Shown here: positions 1 to 12,500 of the stretch, piece by piece
Layout of the letters: every line of letters starts with the position of its first letter
How positions within the stretch are numbered: the stretch's first letter is position 1
DNA from: Neophaeotheca triangularis
Taxonomy: Eukaryota
Direction: 5' to 3'
Length of the DNA stretch: 55,494 bases
Assembly (NCBI GenBank): GCA_054600435.1
Contig: BAAIJX010000001.1
Location: 1,178,001 to 1,233,494, forward strand
Program-made: the position numbers and the translations under genes
The notes under the pieces: generated by a model
The model's database searches: none
What the model was told of the DNA's origin: nothing
The model's input: the letters and a program-made list of their open reading frames with translations, nothing else

Positions 1-3000
1 TCCTCGACAACACTCTCCTGCCTCTTCTTCACTTTCTCAGCCTTGACCCTCTTCGTAAAAGTCATCTTCCCACTCCCAGCATTCCCACTCCCCCCACTCC
101 CACTCAAAGCAGAAAAAGCATTCGAGCTCGCACCACCAGACCCAACCGCAGGCGCCCAGCGCGGCGCGGCCTTTTTGGCAGCGACGCGAGACCAGCCATC
201 GCCCGCGGCAGCGCTGTCGGATTCGCGGCGCAAGACGTTGAGAGAAGCGTCGGTGGTGCAGAGTTGGAGCGAGCCGTAGCCTTTGCCCGCGATCGCGGTG
301 GCGAGCGGCTGGCGCAAAGCGTGCAGAGCTTGCTGCAGGTCCACGGCGTTTAGAGAGCGGGTGAGGGCTTTGAGGACGACTTCTTCGCTGGGGAGGAATT
401 CGGGGTCGAAAGTTATTGCGAGTGAGGGCGGCATCAGCGGGGTGAGGACTGAGCGCAGTTCGTCCACGGTAAGTCCGAAGCGCGGGGAGCTGATTAGAAA
501 GCCGTTGTAGGGGGCGCCGACTTCGTTGCTGGGGTTGGCCTTGGAGGGGCCTGCGCCTTCCGAGTCGGAGACGTTGGCCGAGGAGTTGAGGGCGGAGCGC
601 TGAGCTTGGCGGATGCGGAGGCTTTCGGCCAGAGTCTTGTTGGGCGCTGCGACGAAACGCGGCGTTTTCCAGATCATGGCGTGGCGGTGTGGTTCCGGAT
701 CCATGCTTTCCGAGTCGAAGCCAAAGTCTTCGGCTAGGTGGTGGATGAAGGCACGCTGGGCGGCTTTCATGGGTGCGAAGCGGAGACGTTTTTCGTCGTC
801 CGAAGTAGCGAAGACGCGGAATTCGCGTTCTTGGGTTTGGCACCATTTGACGTGCTCGGCGAAGAGGTTGATGGTGTCGGCTGAGTAGGGGATGTGGTCG
901 CCGCCTTCGACACGGCTGGATTGGTCGATGTTGAGGGCGATTGCTAGCTTTCTGTTCCGTTCCAGACGAGCGCACTCTTCGTTGCAGGCGAGAGACTTGC
1001 CGTTGTTGCCTTCAGAGGCCTTCGAAGCCAGACACTTGGCCTCCTGCTTTTGCGCTTGGCATGGACAAGTGATGAAGATCTTAGACTGGCAAGGCAGATC
1101 CTCCTTGCAGGGGTATGGAGAATGGCAAGGCGCGTTGTCGGGATGACCGCAGACCTTTTTGAACTTCCCGCAAGGCTGGGTACATGGCTTGCCTCCAGCG
1201 TCTTCGCACTCACCAGGTCGATGACACAGCTTTTGGCAAAAGTGAGTGCCGCAAGAGAGTTTCGCTCCACATGTTTGCCCGCAGAGTACATTCTGTAGCC
1301 AGCATTGCTGATTCTTCAACGTCTTCTTGCCACAAGCACAGCGCTTTTCCACAAGGAACGGACAATTCGGGCAAGCTTCGTCATCTTGATGACAGTGGTG
1401 CGGAACCTGAGGATGGCCGCAAGCCTTGGGTCGATTGCACGGGTGTCTGCATGGAGGTGGTTTGGTGCCGCAAGGGAGAGGAGGCTGCAAAACGGTGCGC
1501 CCACAATGGCACCCAATCTCCTCGAAGACAGCTTCTCGGCAAGTCGGGCATGGGCCTTTGTGGCAGAGCTCGGTACAAGTGTGAGTTCCGCAACGCAACA
1601 AGCGCCCGCATTCACGAGTGCAAATGTGCTCGGCTTCAAAGTCGTTGTCCAAAGTCCGCGGTGCCGCACTGAGGGGTTTTTGCTTTCGCTTTGTGCTCTG
1701 TCTGTGGATGGCTTTACGTTCGCCGGTGCAGCAGCGTTCTTCGCAAGCATGACGGCCACAGCTGAGATTTGCTCGGCAAATACGCATGCATTGTGGTGCT
1801 TCGTCAATGCCTTGATGGCAGACCGTTTTCGAAGAAGTCCTGCCGCATCGACAGCCAATCTCGGTGATTTGGAGGCATGGCGGGCACTCACCCTGGTGAC
1901 AGACTCGTGGGCATTGATGGCCGCAAGGTAAGAGAGACGCACACGGCTCATTGCAGATGGGTATCGGGTCGGAACAGCTCGTCCTCGGTTCGGAGGTAAC
2001 GTTGGTGAGCGGAGTCTTACCACACGGACACGTGGTTACAAGATCTGGTGACCTCGGGCAGTGTGCTGGCTCGGCATCTTGAGGATGACATGATTTCTCG
2101 CATCGGTGTTCGCCACAATCAAAAGCCCGGTCACATGCCTGTGGGCACTCGAAAAGGCCCGTCCAGCTTTCAGTCGTTGAAGTACCGTTTTCGCCAGTAT
2201 GCGTTTGACTGCTCTCCAGTTCATCCCCTCGATCGCAGCACAATATCTCCTTCTCAGTCTGCCCGCAGTAACATCTCGCAGGTACCCTGGTCTCGCAAGC
2301 ACCACACAGCCCTTCATGGCAAGATCGATCGCAGGCGTGTTCACCGCACGGCAGTAGCTCCTCGCAAAGCTCACCACAACTCCACCCAGAAACATAATCG
2401 GTCTCTGAACATCGTTTGGTGACCTCGTGCTTACCGCAGAAGCAGACTTGAGTAGGGCCCATATGGGAACACGGTGGACAAGGTCCGGCGTGACAGGTAA
2501 GCTGGCAGGGATGTGGACATCTGCGCGCCCTCTCTTTCCCGCAGGTATTACCACACGAATGTGGCGGCAGACCGGCAAGCGATCTGGGCTCGGTATCCTT
2601 TCCACACCAGCAAGTGTAGGTCTTAGGCTGTATGTCTTGTGGTAAGTTACAGCCAGGGCACCGCCATTGGCGACCTGGTGGCGCTCCTCCGTCTTGGCCG
2701 TCGTGGCGAGCAGCAGCGGAGCCTTCGTTGGTCGACCACTTCTTGATGCATGTCAGGTGGAAGACTGTCCAGCAGTCGTGACAAGACCACACTTTGGAGT
2801 TTCGTTGAACCTCACTCGTGCAAATTGGGCATTCGTAGTACCCGTTGTCAATGTCTTCGTGTGTTCTGGTGGCGATGTCTGCGGCTTGCGATTTCGACGC
2901 TCTTCGTTTTTGATTGCGGGGTTGTTTGGGTTTTGGTTGCGCTCGAGGGCCGTTTGTTGTCTGCTGGGATTGGCCCGGCACGAAAGACGGCGCATCCGCT

Positions 3001-3380
3001 TGTAGGCCATTGACCAAGGGAGTTGGAGTTCCATTGTTGGTCTCGGCGACCTGAGTTAGACGTCCACCAAATTGCCTCCCGTCAGCGGTCCGTCGTTCTG
3101 ATGCTTTGCCGCCTCGGCCTCTACGATTCCTTCCGCCACGACTTGAAGAGGGCCCCGTTGGCACTTCTCCGTTGTTTTCGCCGTTTGCCGCTGGTGCCGC
3201 TGCCGGTGAAGTTGCTGATGCCGCAGGTGCCACTGAAGCTGGTCTCAAAGCCAATGAAGCGTCGCCAGCAGCACCACCCCTGCCCCGCGCTCTCCTCGGT
3301 GCACGTTTTCGACCGCCTCGAGAAGGTTGGTTTGTGCCATTTTGCTGAGCGGCGGCTGCCGGGGGAGGATGTGCCTCCAT
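1..3380 (-). CDS. FAP1: NF-X1-type zinc finger / R3H protein (FAP1, shuttle craft-like); 3' end lies outside the window
   Basis: ATG at 3380 (MEAHPPPAAAAQQNG...) is in the same frame as the R3H motif RLRFAPMKAAQRAFIHHLAEDFGFDSESMDPEPHRH (~675-790) and as the codons at the left edge (...KKRQESVVE). Many Cys/His NF-X1-type repeats lie between. It is absent from the ORF track, consistent with its stop codon lying beyond base 1. Confidence 0.9.
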   Translation of the reverse strand, partial: MEAHPPPAAAAQQNGTNQPSRGGRKRAPRRARGRGGAAGDASLALRPASVAPAASATSPAAAPAANGENNGEVPTGPSSSRGGRNRRGRGGKASERRTADGRQFGGRLTQVAETNNGTPTPLVNGLQADAPSFVPGQSQQTTNGPRAQPKPKQPRNQKRRASKSQAADIATRTHEDIDNGYYECPICTSEVQRNSKVWSCHDCWTVFHLTCIKKWSTNEGSAAARHDGQDGGAPPGRQWRCPGCNLPQDIQPKTYTCWCGKDTEPRSLAGLPPHSCGNTCGKERARRCPHPCQLTCHAGPCPPCSHMGPTQVCFCGKHEVTKRCSETDYVSGWSCGELCEELLPCGEHACDRSCHEGLCGACETRVPARCYCGQTEKEILCCDRGDELESSQTHTGENGTSTTESWTGLFECPQACDRAFDCGEHRCEKSCHPQDAEPAHCPRSPDLVTTCPCGKTPLTNVTSEPRTSCSDPIPICNEPCASLLPCGHQCPRVCHQGECPPCLQITEIGCRCGRTSSKTVCHQGIDEAPQCMRICRANLSCGRHACEERCCTGERKAIHRQSTKRKQKPLSAAPRTLDNDFEAEHICTRECGRLLRCGTHTCTELCHKGPCPTCREAVFEEIGCHCGRTVLQPPLPCGTKPPPCRHPCNRPKACGHPQVPHHCHQDDEACPNCPFLVEKRCACGKKTLKNQQCWLQNVLCGQTCGAKLSCGTHFCQKLCHRPGECEDAGGKPCTQPCGKFKKVCGHPDNAPCHSPYPCKEDLPCQSKIFITCPCQAQKQEAKCLASKASEGNNGKSLACNEECARLERNRKLAIALNIDQSSRVEGGDHIPYSADTINLFAEHVKWCQTQEREFRVFATSDDEKRLRFAPMKAAQRAFIHHLAEDFGFDSESMDPEPHRHAMIWKTPRFVAAPNKTLAESLRIRQAQRSALNSSANVSDSEGAGPSKANPSNEVGAPYNGFLISSPRFGLTVDELRSVLTPLMPPSLAITFDPEFLPSEEVVLKALTRSLNAVDLQQALHALRQPLATAIAGKGYGSLQLCTTDASLNVLRRESDSAAAGDGWSRVAAKKAAPRWAPAVGSGGASSNAFSALSGSGGSGNAGSGKMTFTKRVKAEKVKKRQESVVE

Positions 3381-3909
3381 GTGAAAGTTTTGCGAGTGAG
3401 AATACTAAGGTTTTGCTTCAAGTGAGGGCAACTTTTTTTCGGTAATGAGGCCCGTTAAGTCTAAGATATGCGACGATTGCAGAGTAAGAGTTGCAGAGGT
3501 GTGTCGAGTGATTTATCGGTGGCAATCCCTTTCAAAAGTCGTTTGTCCACAAACGAAGCCCCTTCCTCTCTGAGTAAGCAGAAAAGGGCGTTGGAATGGG
3601 CGTGGACGTCGATCGGTCAATGAGAAAGAGGAAAAGAATGCCTTGCGAGTAGAAGAAGGGATGAAGGGCTATCGATTTCGATTCCTCGACACCAGTAGTT
3701 AATGTGGTATCGCATGTGACCAAGGTCGCCTTCTTTTAGTTTTCATTCTCGTTGTCTCCTTGTGGCGATGTCGAACTTGATTACTCATGTCGATTCTCAG
3801 AGCTCGCTTTCGGGCTCGGAAGGAGCCGGCGCAAACTGTCGAGCTCCAAACAACTTCGCGACTTTTAAGCTACTCTCGTTCTTCTTCGCGTTCCATACCA
3901 ACCAATAAT

Positions 3910-5844
3910 ATGGCTGCCGAACAACAGGAAGCACCGCAAGGTGTCAAGCGACCCCATGATGAGGTGGATGGCACGACAGCCACGGACGAACCGAAACAGG
4001 ACGGCGGCGACGACCCCTCCTCAGATGACGACGACGACGACATGGGTCCTGCCCTCCCTTCAGCAGCAGAGGCAGCAGAGGCACCAAAGAAGAAGAAGAG
4101 AAGAAAGCTCGCCCACGAGAAACAATACGTCGCCGCGCTCCCTTCATCCTCACGCTACTTCAAGTCGCTCATGCACAAGGACCAACTCGCTTTTTGCACG
4201 TTTACGCCTCATACCGACTTTCTGATAACAAGCTCCATCGACGGCTACGTTAAATTCTGGAAAAAGGTCACGGGTGGTGTGGAGTTTGTCAAAGAATACA
4301 GGGCGCATGCGGGTGAGATTACGAGCGTCACGTGCAGTGCAGACGGGCAGAGCTTTGCTACGGCCGGTGCGGATGGGACGATAAAGCTCTTTGACGTTGC
4401 GACTTTCGATCTGCTCTCGATGCTGTCAGTTGAGGCGAGGAGTATCTGTTTTGTGCATGGGAAGCATTCTTCGATACCTATGTTGGCAGTGTCATCGATT
4501 TCAGACGGGACGGTCAAACTTTTTGATGGAAGAGGAGAGAAGGAGGAGCCGCAGCATACTTTAACCAAACTTCACCGGAAGCCCGTTCATCTCATGGCCT
4601 ACAATGCCGTTTTTGATTGCGTCATTTCTGCGGATGAATCTGGTATGGTGGAGTATTGGCAGCCATCGGGAAACTTCGAAAAGCCGGACGATGTCTTTGA
4701 GATGAAGAGCAGCACGTCCCTTTTCGAATTCAAAAAGGCCAAGTCAGTGCCATCAACAATATCCATCTCCCCCAACGGCAGGTATTTCGCCACCATGTCA
4801 TTTCCGGATCGAAAGATCCGCATCTTCGACTTCACGAGCGGCAAGCTTTACCGCACCTCCGACGAAAGCATCGATACCATCACCGAGATGCAGCAAGCCG
4901 GAACCCTCAGCAGCGATCCTCTCGACACCACCGACTTCACCCGCCGCATCAACATAGAAAAGGAGCTAGAGAACCCCATCACCCAACCCCGGATGAACAT
5001 CATCTGGGACGAAAGCGGCAACTTCGTCCTTTACGGCAGCATCCTAGGCGTCAAAGTCCTCAACCATGTCACCAACACCGTTATCCGTACGTACGGGCGA
5101 GAGGAGCCCTTCCGCCCACTCAACTTAACCCTCTACCAAGGCCAGCCCTCCAAAAAAGGCGTCGTAACCATCGATATGGCCGCCTCAGCCAACCCGCTCC
5201 TCCAAGAAGCCGAAGCCCGCGACACGATGCTCATAGCAACGGGCAATACCAAACCACGCTTTTACATGTACAGCAACGAAACACACATAACGAAAGACCG
5301 GGACATCCACAACGAAAAACCGACCACCAAGACTCCCAAAACCCCCGCCGACCTAGAAGCGGAAAAAGCCTCCCGGCTCCCGACGACAGCAACCCTGCAC
5401 ACGACCAAAGGCGACATCCACCTCCGCCTCTTCGCGTCCCAAACCCCCCTCACTGTCGAAAACTTCACCACCCACGCCCGCCAAAACTACTACAACACCC
5501 ACCTATTCCACCGCGTCATCCGCAAATTCATGATCCAAACCGGCGACCCTTTGGGCGATGGCACAGGCGGGGAATCCATCTGGGGCAAAGAATTCGCCGA
5601 CGAATTCCACCCGGACCTCAAACACGACAAGCCATATACCCTGTCCATGGCGAACGCCGGACCGGGTACAAATGCCAGTCAGTTTTTTATCACGACTGAG
5701 CGCGCGCCGTGGTTGGACGGGAAACATACGGTTTTTGGACGGGTTGTGAGGGGGATGGAGGTTGTGCATGCTATCGAGAATGTGAGGGTTGTCAAGGAGA
5801 GGCCAGCAGAGGATGTGAGGGTCGTTAGTATTAGTGTTGGGTAG
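3910..5844 (+). CDS. cyp15: WD40-repeat cyclophilin peptidyl-prolyl isomerase (PPWD1/Cyp15)
   Basis: N-terminal WD40 region (SLMHKDQLAFC..TDFLITSSIDGYVKFWKK) and C-terminal cyclophilin domain (FHRVIRKFMIQTGDPLGDGTGGESIWG, SMANAGPGTNASQFFITT, WLDGKHTVFGRV). The start is placed at the MAAEQQ ATG rather than 3787. Confidence 0.95.
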   Translation: MAAEQQEAPQGVKRPHDEVDGTTATDEPKQDGGDDPSSDDDDDDMGPALPSAAEAAEAPKKKKRRKLAHEKQYVAALPSSSRYFKSLMHKDQLAFCTFTPHTDFLITSSIDGYVKFWKKVTGGVEFVKEYRAHAGEITSVTCSADGQSFATAGADGTIKLFDVATFDLLSMLSVEARSICFVHGKHSSIPMLAVSSISDGTVKLFDGRGEKEEPQHTLTKLHRKPVHLMAYNAVFDCVISADESGMVEYWQPSGNFEKPDDVFEMKSSTSLFEFKKAKSVPSTISISPNGRYFATMSFPDRKIRIFDFTSGKLYRTSDESIDTITEMQQAGTLSSDPLDTTDFTRRINIEKELENPITQPRMNIIWDESGNFVLYGSILGVKVLNHVTNTVIRTYGREEPFRPLNLTLYQGQPSKKGVVTIDMAASANPLLQEAEARDTMLIATGNTKPRFYMYSNETHITKDRDIHNEKPTTKTPKTPADLEAEKASRLPTTATLHTTKGDIHLRLFASQTPLTVENFTTHARQNYYNTHLFHRVIRKFMIQTGDPLGDGTGGESIWGKEFADEFHPDLKHDKPYTLSMANAGPGTNASQFFITTERAPWLDGKHTVFGRVVRGMEVVHAIENVRVVKERPAEDVRVVSISVG

Positions 5845-6421
5845 GCGGTAGAGGAGAAGGGCGACTACCCGCTCGCTGCCTGGAAGCTTTGGTCTTGGTT
5901 CCAAAGACCAGGTCTGCATTCGGTTTCCTGCTTAGATGACAGCCTCGTTACAACTCCTCATTGGTCTCAAGATCGTCTCGTGGAACGAGGGGAGCTCGAG
6001 AGGGGTTGGGGCATGTGGAGTTGCTGCCATTAGGGTCAGGGTTTGGGATGGTTTTGACATCCCTCGAGGACGTTGGGCCTTGTTGCAGAAAAGCCGAACG
6101 GAGTGTGGTCGAACAGCGTAAAGAGATTGTCGAGATGGAAGAGGTTGAGTAGTGTCCGGGAGTCGAGCTAGTTGGCGTCTGCAGCTCTGGGACTTACGTC
6201 CAGCCGCCGAGACCACAAGATCAATAACACTTTCCAACGAACATGGTCCGGACACAACCGTACAGTCTGGTTCTGCCAAGTCGAAACACCAGTTGACCCC
6301 TTAAAAACACTTCTACCCAGAAATGACAGCGCAAAACGGTAACGCTCAAATGCTTTCCAAATTCCATGAATCATCATCGTCAAATCCCCCAAGTCGCACA
6401 AACTCGCTCGCAAGCGTAAAA

Positions 6422-8461
6422 CTAGGCCAGCCAGAACCAAACCTTCTCGACCCAATTCTTCGGCACCCTCGGCTGGTCCATCTCCTCCAACTCATCCATC
6501 TCCTTGATCCCTGTAGTAACATCCACGTCCTCGACTCTTCTCGCCAAAACCGGGCCTCCAGACTTCAAACTCCACACCTTGTGGCCGAGATAAAGAATGA
6601 CAAAGATCGGAAGGGTGATGTAAGCGGCCAAAAAGTCGGCGACGTTCCATTGCGAGGGGAAGAAGACTTGGAAACCGTTTGTCAGGGTCAGGAGGATGAG
6701 GAAGAAGAGGACGAAGTAGGTTGCGTAGGGTTGAAGGGGCGTGCGGAAGGGGAGGGTGTGCATGAGGTTGTTGTAGATCATGGCTTTGCGGAAGCGGAGG
6801 TAGGTGATGCAGACGACGATCCAGGCGATGAAGCCGGAGATGGTTGAGATGTTGGTGAACCAGGCGAAGACCTTTTGAGTACATGTTAGGTTTGGCTTCA
6901 AGGGGGTGGTAGGAAGGGTGGGATTGAAACGTACCTGCGCGCCGGAGTTGCTGACGTTCAAGAATGCCAGACAGCCGATCAGCCAGGTCGCTAGCACGGC
7001 AAAGTAGGGGACACCGTTTTTGGTCGTTTTGGTGAAGACTTTCGGGGCCTGCTTGTTCAGAGCCATGCTGTAAAGGACTCGAGAGCCAGAGTAGAGAAAG
7101 GCATTCCCGGCGGACCAAGCCGATGTCAGCACCGCCGCATTGATGACGTGGTTCAATCCGGAGATGCCTGCAAGCTGAATGCCAATAACGAAGGGAGAGG
7201 CACTAGCGTTGGAGGTGCCAGAGAGGAGACGCTCGTTGGTGCAAGGAACAATGACGCCGATGACTAGAGAGGCCAACCCGTAGAAGATGGCTGCACGAAG
7301 TACGATCAGCTGTGCTCGACGAATGACACCAGACAAAGAATGAGCTTACCCAAACGCCAAACGAAACGACGAGCCGCCTTTGGCACGTTGCGGCGAGGCG
7401 AAACCGTCTCACCAGCAGCCATAGCGATGAGCTCGGGCGATGTGATGTAGGCGAACCCTGCGCGGATTGTCGCTGTCCAGTACGCGAGGAAGCGACCTGT
7501 GTCACCAGGCGTCATGTAGGGCTTGAAAGCACCCCAATGGTCGTCGGTTGCACTCAGTGGCTCCCAGTAGCGGAATCCAAGACGGCCTTGATCCGGCCCT
7601 CCGCCGAAGAAGAGTACGATGCCCAGTATGATGAGACCGATAATGGTGATCAGCTAGATTATTGTCAGTGCACGAGCGAAGGAGCGGTTTGATTTGCCTC
7701 CATACCTTGATGCTGGCAAACCAGAATTCACTCTCCCCAAAGTATTCGACAGTTATGATGTTGAGTAGCAAGACGACAACAAGCACAATAGCAATCCAAA
7801 CTCCAGGGTTCACCGTGGCCTGCAGGAGGGTCAGTGATTGGTCCGATGGGATTGACAACAAGTCCCGCTCACCTCGCTAACCCAGTAGCCCATGATGATT
7901 GCGCCAGCCGTAGCTTCGGCCGCAACGAGAATGGCGTAAGCATACCTGTAGTACGTTAGCACGGTAAGCACGAAGAGCTCAATGGAGCAAGTCACTCTTA
8001 CCAATAATTCCAGCCATCTGCAAAAGCGAGTGAAGGCTCCACGTATCGGTTGACAAAATAAGGAACACTGATACCTCTCATGGGCAACAGAGTCACCATT
8101 TCCGCGAGAACGTTCATGATGTTCCAGACAATGATGAGCATGCTCATGTAACCCATGAACAGGGGCGCGGGGCCGACGGTCGCGAGAATCTGTCCAGAGC
8201 CAACGAATAGTCCGGTTCCTATGGCCCTGTAGCCGCATTGTGAGCTCCCGGCCGTACCACGCAGCACTGCTCTCCCATCACTTACCCTCCCAGAGCCAAG
8301 AATTGAATGTGTCGACTCTTCAGGCCTCGATGTAGCTGTTCGCTTGTCGAGAGCGAGACTTCACCGGGAGCAGAAGGGGCCGTGGCAAGACCATTGTTCT
8401 GCTCGGTGTCCCAGCCTTGACCGCCTTTCATCTCGATCGTGGCGTCGTCGTCGTAGCCCAT
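6422..8461 (-). CDS. Amino acid permease (APC/YAT family, proline permease-like), multi-exon
   Basis: Exon 1 reads MGYDDDATIEMK...LHRGLKSRHIQFLALGG, spliced (intron 8227-8285) to AIGTGLFVGSG. Later segments include FGESEFWFASIK, SPELIAMAAGE, ASASPFVIGI and SAWSAGNAFLYSGSRVLY. At least six short introns. Confidence 0.92.
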
Positions 8462-9555
8462 GATGTCGGAGGGTGTCGAGTTTTATGTGTTCGAACAGGG
8501 ACGTTGGCGAAGGAGACAGAGGCGTGAGGTCGACGAGATTGACTTGCCTCCGGATTTCCAAAAACCTGGAGTGCGAGAAACTATAGGGTAATACTCCAGA
8601 ACGTACCCCGGAGAGCGAGAACGCTAACAATAAATCTCACGGTTGCAATGATGGAAGTCGTCGCGGAGTGGTCATACCACGACCAATTCTACCAGCGTGG
8701 GCGATGTCTTGCTGCTGTCGACGGCTACCGATGGTCTTGGCCGACCGCGAACGGACGACGAGGTTAGGGTGTGATAGGAATCGCCGTTGGTGGGGGATGG
8801 AAGTGGATGCGGTTAAGTAACAGTAAGCTTCTTCAAGGCTTTCGATTCGTCCAGCGGGAAGCAAGCCTTTTGGCCAGCCGCGTGCTTGAGCCAGGCTTCT
8901 TTTCGGCCCGTCTTCCAAAGCCTAAATGTAGATAAACACCGCCCCGGCGTTTGCCCTTGAGGAAGTCCGATGCGGTTTCATGCGCACGTTGCGTCTGGAA
9001 GGCTTGTAGAACGTTCATGGTGGTCGCATACCGTCGGCATGCGTTGTAGGGCTGTCATCAACAAGAGCACCCCCACCACAATCATTTGAAACAGCGTCGT
9101 AGTCTGTTATCTCGTCCTACGACAAAGGTTTTGCATTGGAATCAATCAACCAACGTGGAAGCCGTGGTTGTCCTGTCCGGCTGCTGGATGACACTTCCAC
9201 CGTACTGTACTTGAACGCATGCTTGCAAGCTCTTCCAGTTGCTGTACGCAGACGAAGAGCTGGGCACCGCATCCGAGGATGAGAACACCACGGTAACGGG
9301 GTAGTTACGGATGAGAAATCGGCCGAGATTGAGAAAGCTTTGATAAGGAAGAAAGAATACGGACAACTCAAAGCAAGCAGAAAAGGCCGGCAATTGACAA
9401 GAAAGCAGAATATAACAAAATAGCCAATGCTTTGCAACGGTTCCCCGAAAAAGAATGGCCGTGCCAAAACAGCAACCGACCCGTCGAGTCAAAAGGTCGT
9501 AGCGAAGCAGTGTAGAAGATGAAGATTCATCAAGCAGCTAAAGAGTTGAAACCCC

Positions 9556-12500
9556 TCATTGGGATCCACGCAAGGCGTCCCTTTCCGACATACTCATCTC
9601 ATGCCTTTTCATACCCCTTGCTAATTTCGGCGCATGTTTTTCGAGGGCTGACAGTGTCGCTGTAGCCTGCGACTTCCAGTGCCCAGAGTTGGTCACACTA
9701 GGCATGTAGACTATGGGCGGCCGATTCCACGAAGCAGCAACATCACGTCTACGGCGGTATTCGCGGCCTTCAGGGTCGCACAGGTCGCTTGTGTCGAGCT
9801 GAGCGGGTCTGCCGCTGGCGGCATTGAGTTGGCGTTCTCTTGCAGCTTCCGTTGCGTTGGCCCGCCACAAACGCTTGAGGTCTTCGCTGTCGAATAGACT
9901 GTCTTGGGCGGACGTCAATAATTCCTTTGCTGCGTTTACTCGTTCGATAACTTCTCGCTCTGGAAATTCCTGTTGCTTTCGCATGTTGACCAAGCGCTCC
10001 TGGTGGGTGACTGTCCGTTGGCCGAGAGACCACACGACGTGGTCCGGCTGTCCTGAAAGCACGGCGAAAAGGTTCCATGCGAGAGGAATACTGCGACCAA
10101 CATGACGGACATACAAAAGAGGGATCCCATCTGGAGTTCCTGATGGGGCGCCAAAGCCTTCTGGTGGAGAGGTGGTGCGGGCCTGGTCGGCTCTACTCTT
10201 CAGAAACTCTATGAGAGCCTCGATGTGAGTGGCTCCCGCTCTGACTATCGGGTCTTCGTATTGCTCGAGATTGGGAAGAGGATTCGTGACCTTGGCGCAT
10301 GTCGTAGGCACCCAAAACTTGCGTGGATCATATAGGTCTTTGAGACCGGAAAGCGGGTCCTGCTCGCCGAGAGTCTGCTTACGATAGGGATCCTCTTGTT
10401 CCATGCACGAAACTACGAGGGACTCGGCACGAACGTTTCCATCAGGGGGGTTATACATGGCCGCTTTTCGCGTAACCTGGACCCGCAAATTGTGCTCCCT
10501 ACAGATTGGAGTTAGAACATGACTATCTTTAATTTCTGAGACTTTCGCGCTTACCAAGGTCTCAGTCTCTCTGTTTTCCAGAAGACTTTGTTGGTGGAGT
10601 AACGTTCTGCTTCACGACCGGCATAGGTTCGGGTCGGGAAGCAGCGCGGATTGTCGTCGACAAGAGGTACATGATACTGCAAGTTCGAACGACTGTTGAA
10701 ATCTGGATCTTCTACCACACCTAGGGGTGACGGTCGCTGGCAACAGAGGCGAAGGGGCGAGAGTTGAGGCCGTGACTGGTAAGCCTCATAGGCATCCAGT
10801 GCTGTTCCCACGAGCCTAATGTCGTCAGAAGCTATCATCTGTTCGAAGACCAGGTTTTGGCCGGCCACTTCGCAACGTTAGCTCAAAAATTAAGCACCGA
10901 CGAAAAGCAACACTCACCATCGCCAATGAGATAAGCCATCGCATGACTGTCCTGCCCTATGTCGGGCCTCCCCAGGTTCCGGTAAAAGTGGAGCTTGCCA
11001 CGAGGGTGATTCCGCGCTCTGTCCTTCATGAAATCCAAGATGCGGTAGAGGTGATCAGAGCCAAGCATGGCTTGGAGAAGGTGGCCATAGTTGAAACCAT
11101 AGCGGTTCTCGTGCCATTCCTGCAGCGGTACGTTTTTGCCATGAAGCCGGCACATGTGGTTTAGCAGAGCCGCCAAATCTGCGAGAATGGTCAGGGGGAG
11201 TTCATGAAGTACGGGGAGGCACAGCAAGACCCACCTATGTTACCCAGATGACAGGAGCAATGTATCCCCCTTTCGTTGGCGCCCACCTTGTGAAGATCAC
11301 ATTGTCGTTCTTGATGAGAAAATTTGAGCTCCTCGGGGCGCGAGTATGTTTCGAAGAAAGGGCTTTTCAGTCGAAACTGGGGATAAATTACACAGGATCT
11401 TGTAGTCCCATAAATCCAGTGGCGGTACGGTTGTCTTTTGTCTTTCTGGTAGAGATGGGCGATGGTGTCGTCCAGAACTGAAATGTCTTGGGCCGGATTC
11501 CACCTGTGCAATACGTCAAGTCAGCCATTATTTCGCCGCACTCATCGGCCGGATCAGTTGTAAGATGCGTACCATAACTTGAGAAACGACGGATCAAATA
11601 TGGTCGCTTTGAAAAACTTTTCGAATTCCGGTACCGTCGCTTTAGTGGGGTTTTCAAGCATGTGCAGTACGTTGATAACCAGGAAGAAGTGTTTGCCGAC
11701 GGCGAATGTAAGCACGCTGCAAAGGTGTTCCAACCCGCCGTTGTCGACGGTCCTTGTCGTGTCTGTAGCGTCTCTCGGCAGTGTCGCGAATTCCGCATCG
11801 ACTGAACAGTGCGGCAACATCTCGCCCCATTTGCATTCTTCGGTGACTCTGACTTTTCGGTTCTGGTATGGAGCACGTTCGACGGCACGTTTGAGAAACC
11901 CCAATGCGGCACCCAGGTCTTCAGCATCGCTTACAGTGATGACGAAAGTATCCAACCGGTCAAGTGGATCGCCCCTCGGAAGTTGGAATCGATCGGGGAT
12001 CGAAAGGTATTCGTTCAAACAACACTCCACGCCGTCACCTGTCACTCGCCATGATATACGTTTGAACTGTGGCCCCTTTCGTTCAGAACCAGCGGCCCGG
12101 TGCTGCTCCTGTAAGCGTACATGATTGGATAGCCACACCACGAGCTCCTTGCCTGATTGATCGGGGAGCAAAGTCGCAAAATTGTTCAGCCCGGGAAATC
12201 TCAACCGCAAGTGCTGTGGTAGTGAGTCCTGTAACCAGTGCAACACCACGGAGCACACACCATACGTTGGAGATCCCTCGGAAACGGCATCCCTTTGCTC
12301 GAAAGGTGGGCTGTCGCGCATATAGACGTCGAGTCGAATCTTGAGTGCATTAGCGACGACCCAGTGAAGCTCTCTCGTGTAAAAGTCTGGAAAATCGAGA
12401 TTGGTGAAGAGCGGCCGTATTGTCGAACTATTCTCGCGACGACGGTACTCTGAATGCAAGGGATGGTCAGGCAGTCTTGCTCGAATGGCGAACGCGATGA

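Noticed and set aside
37..3445. Numerous ORF-track entries over the first 3.4 kb
   Set aside because: Alternative-frame or antisense shadows of the FAP1/NF-X1 gene.
3787..3909. N-terminal extension of the cyp15 ORF
   Set aside because: Looks like 5' UTR; the ATG at 3910 has better context (ATAATATGG) and precedes the typical acidic N-terminus.
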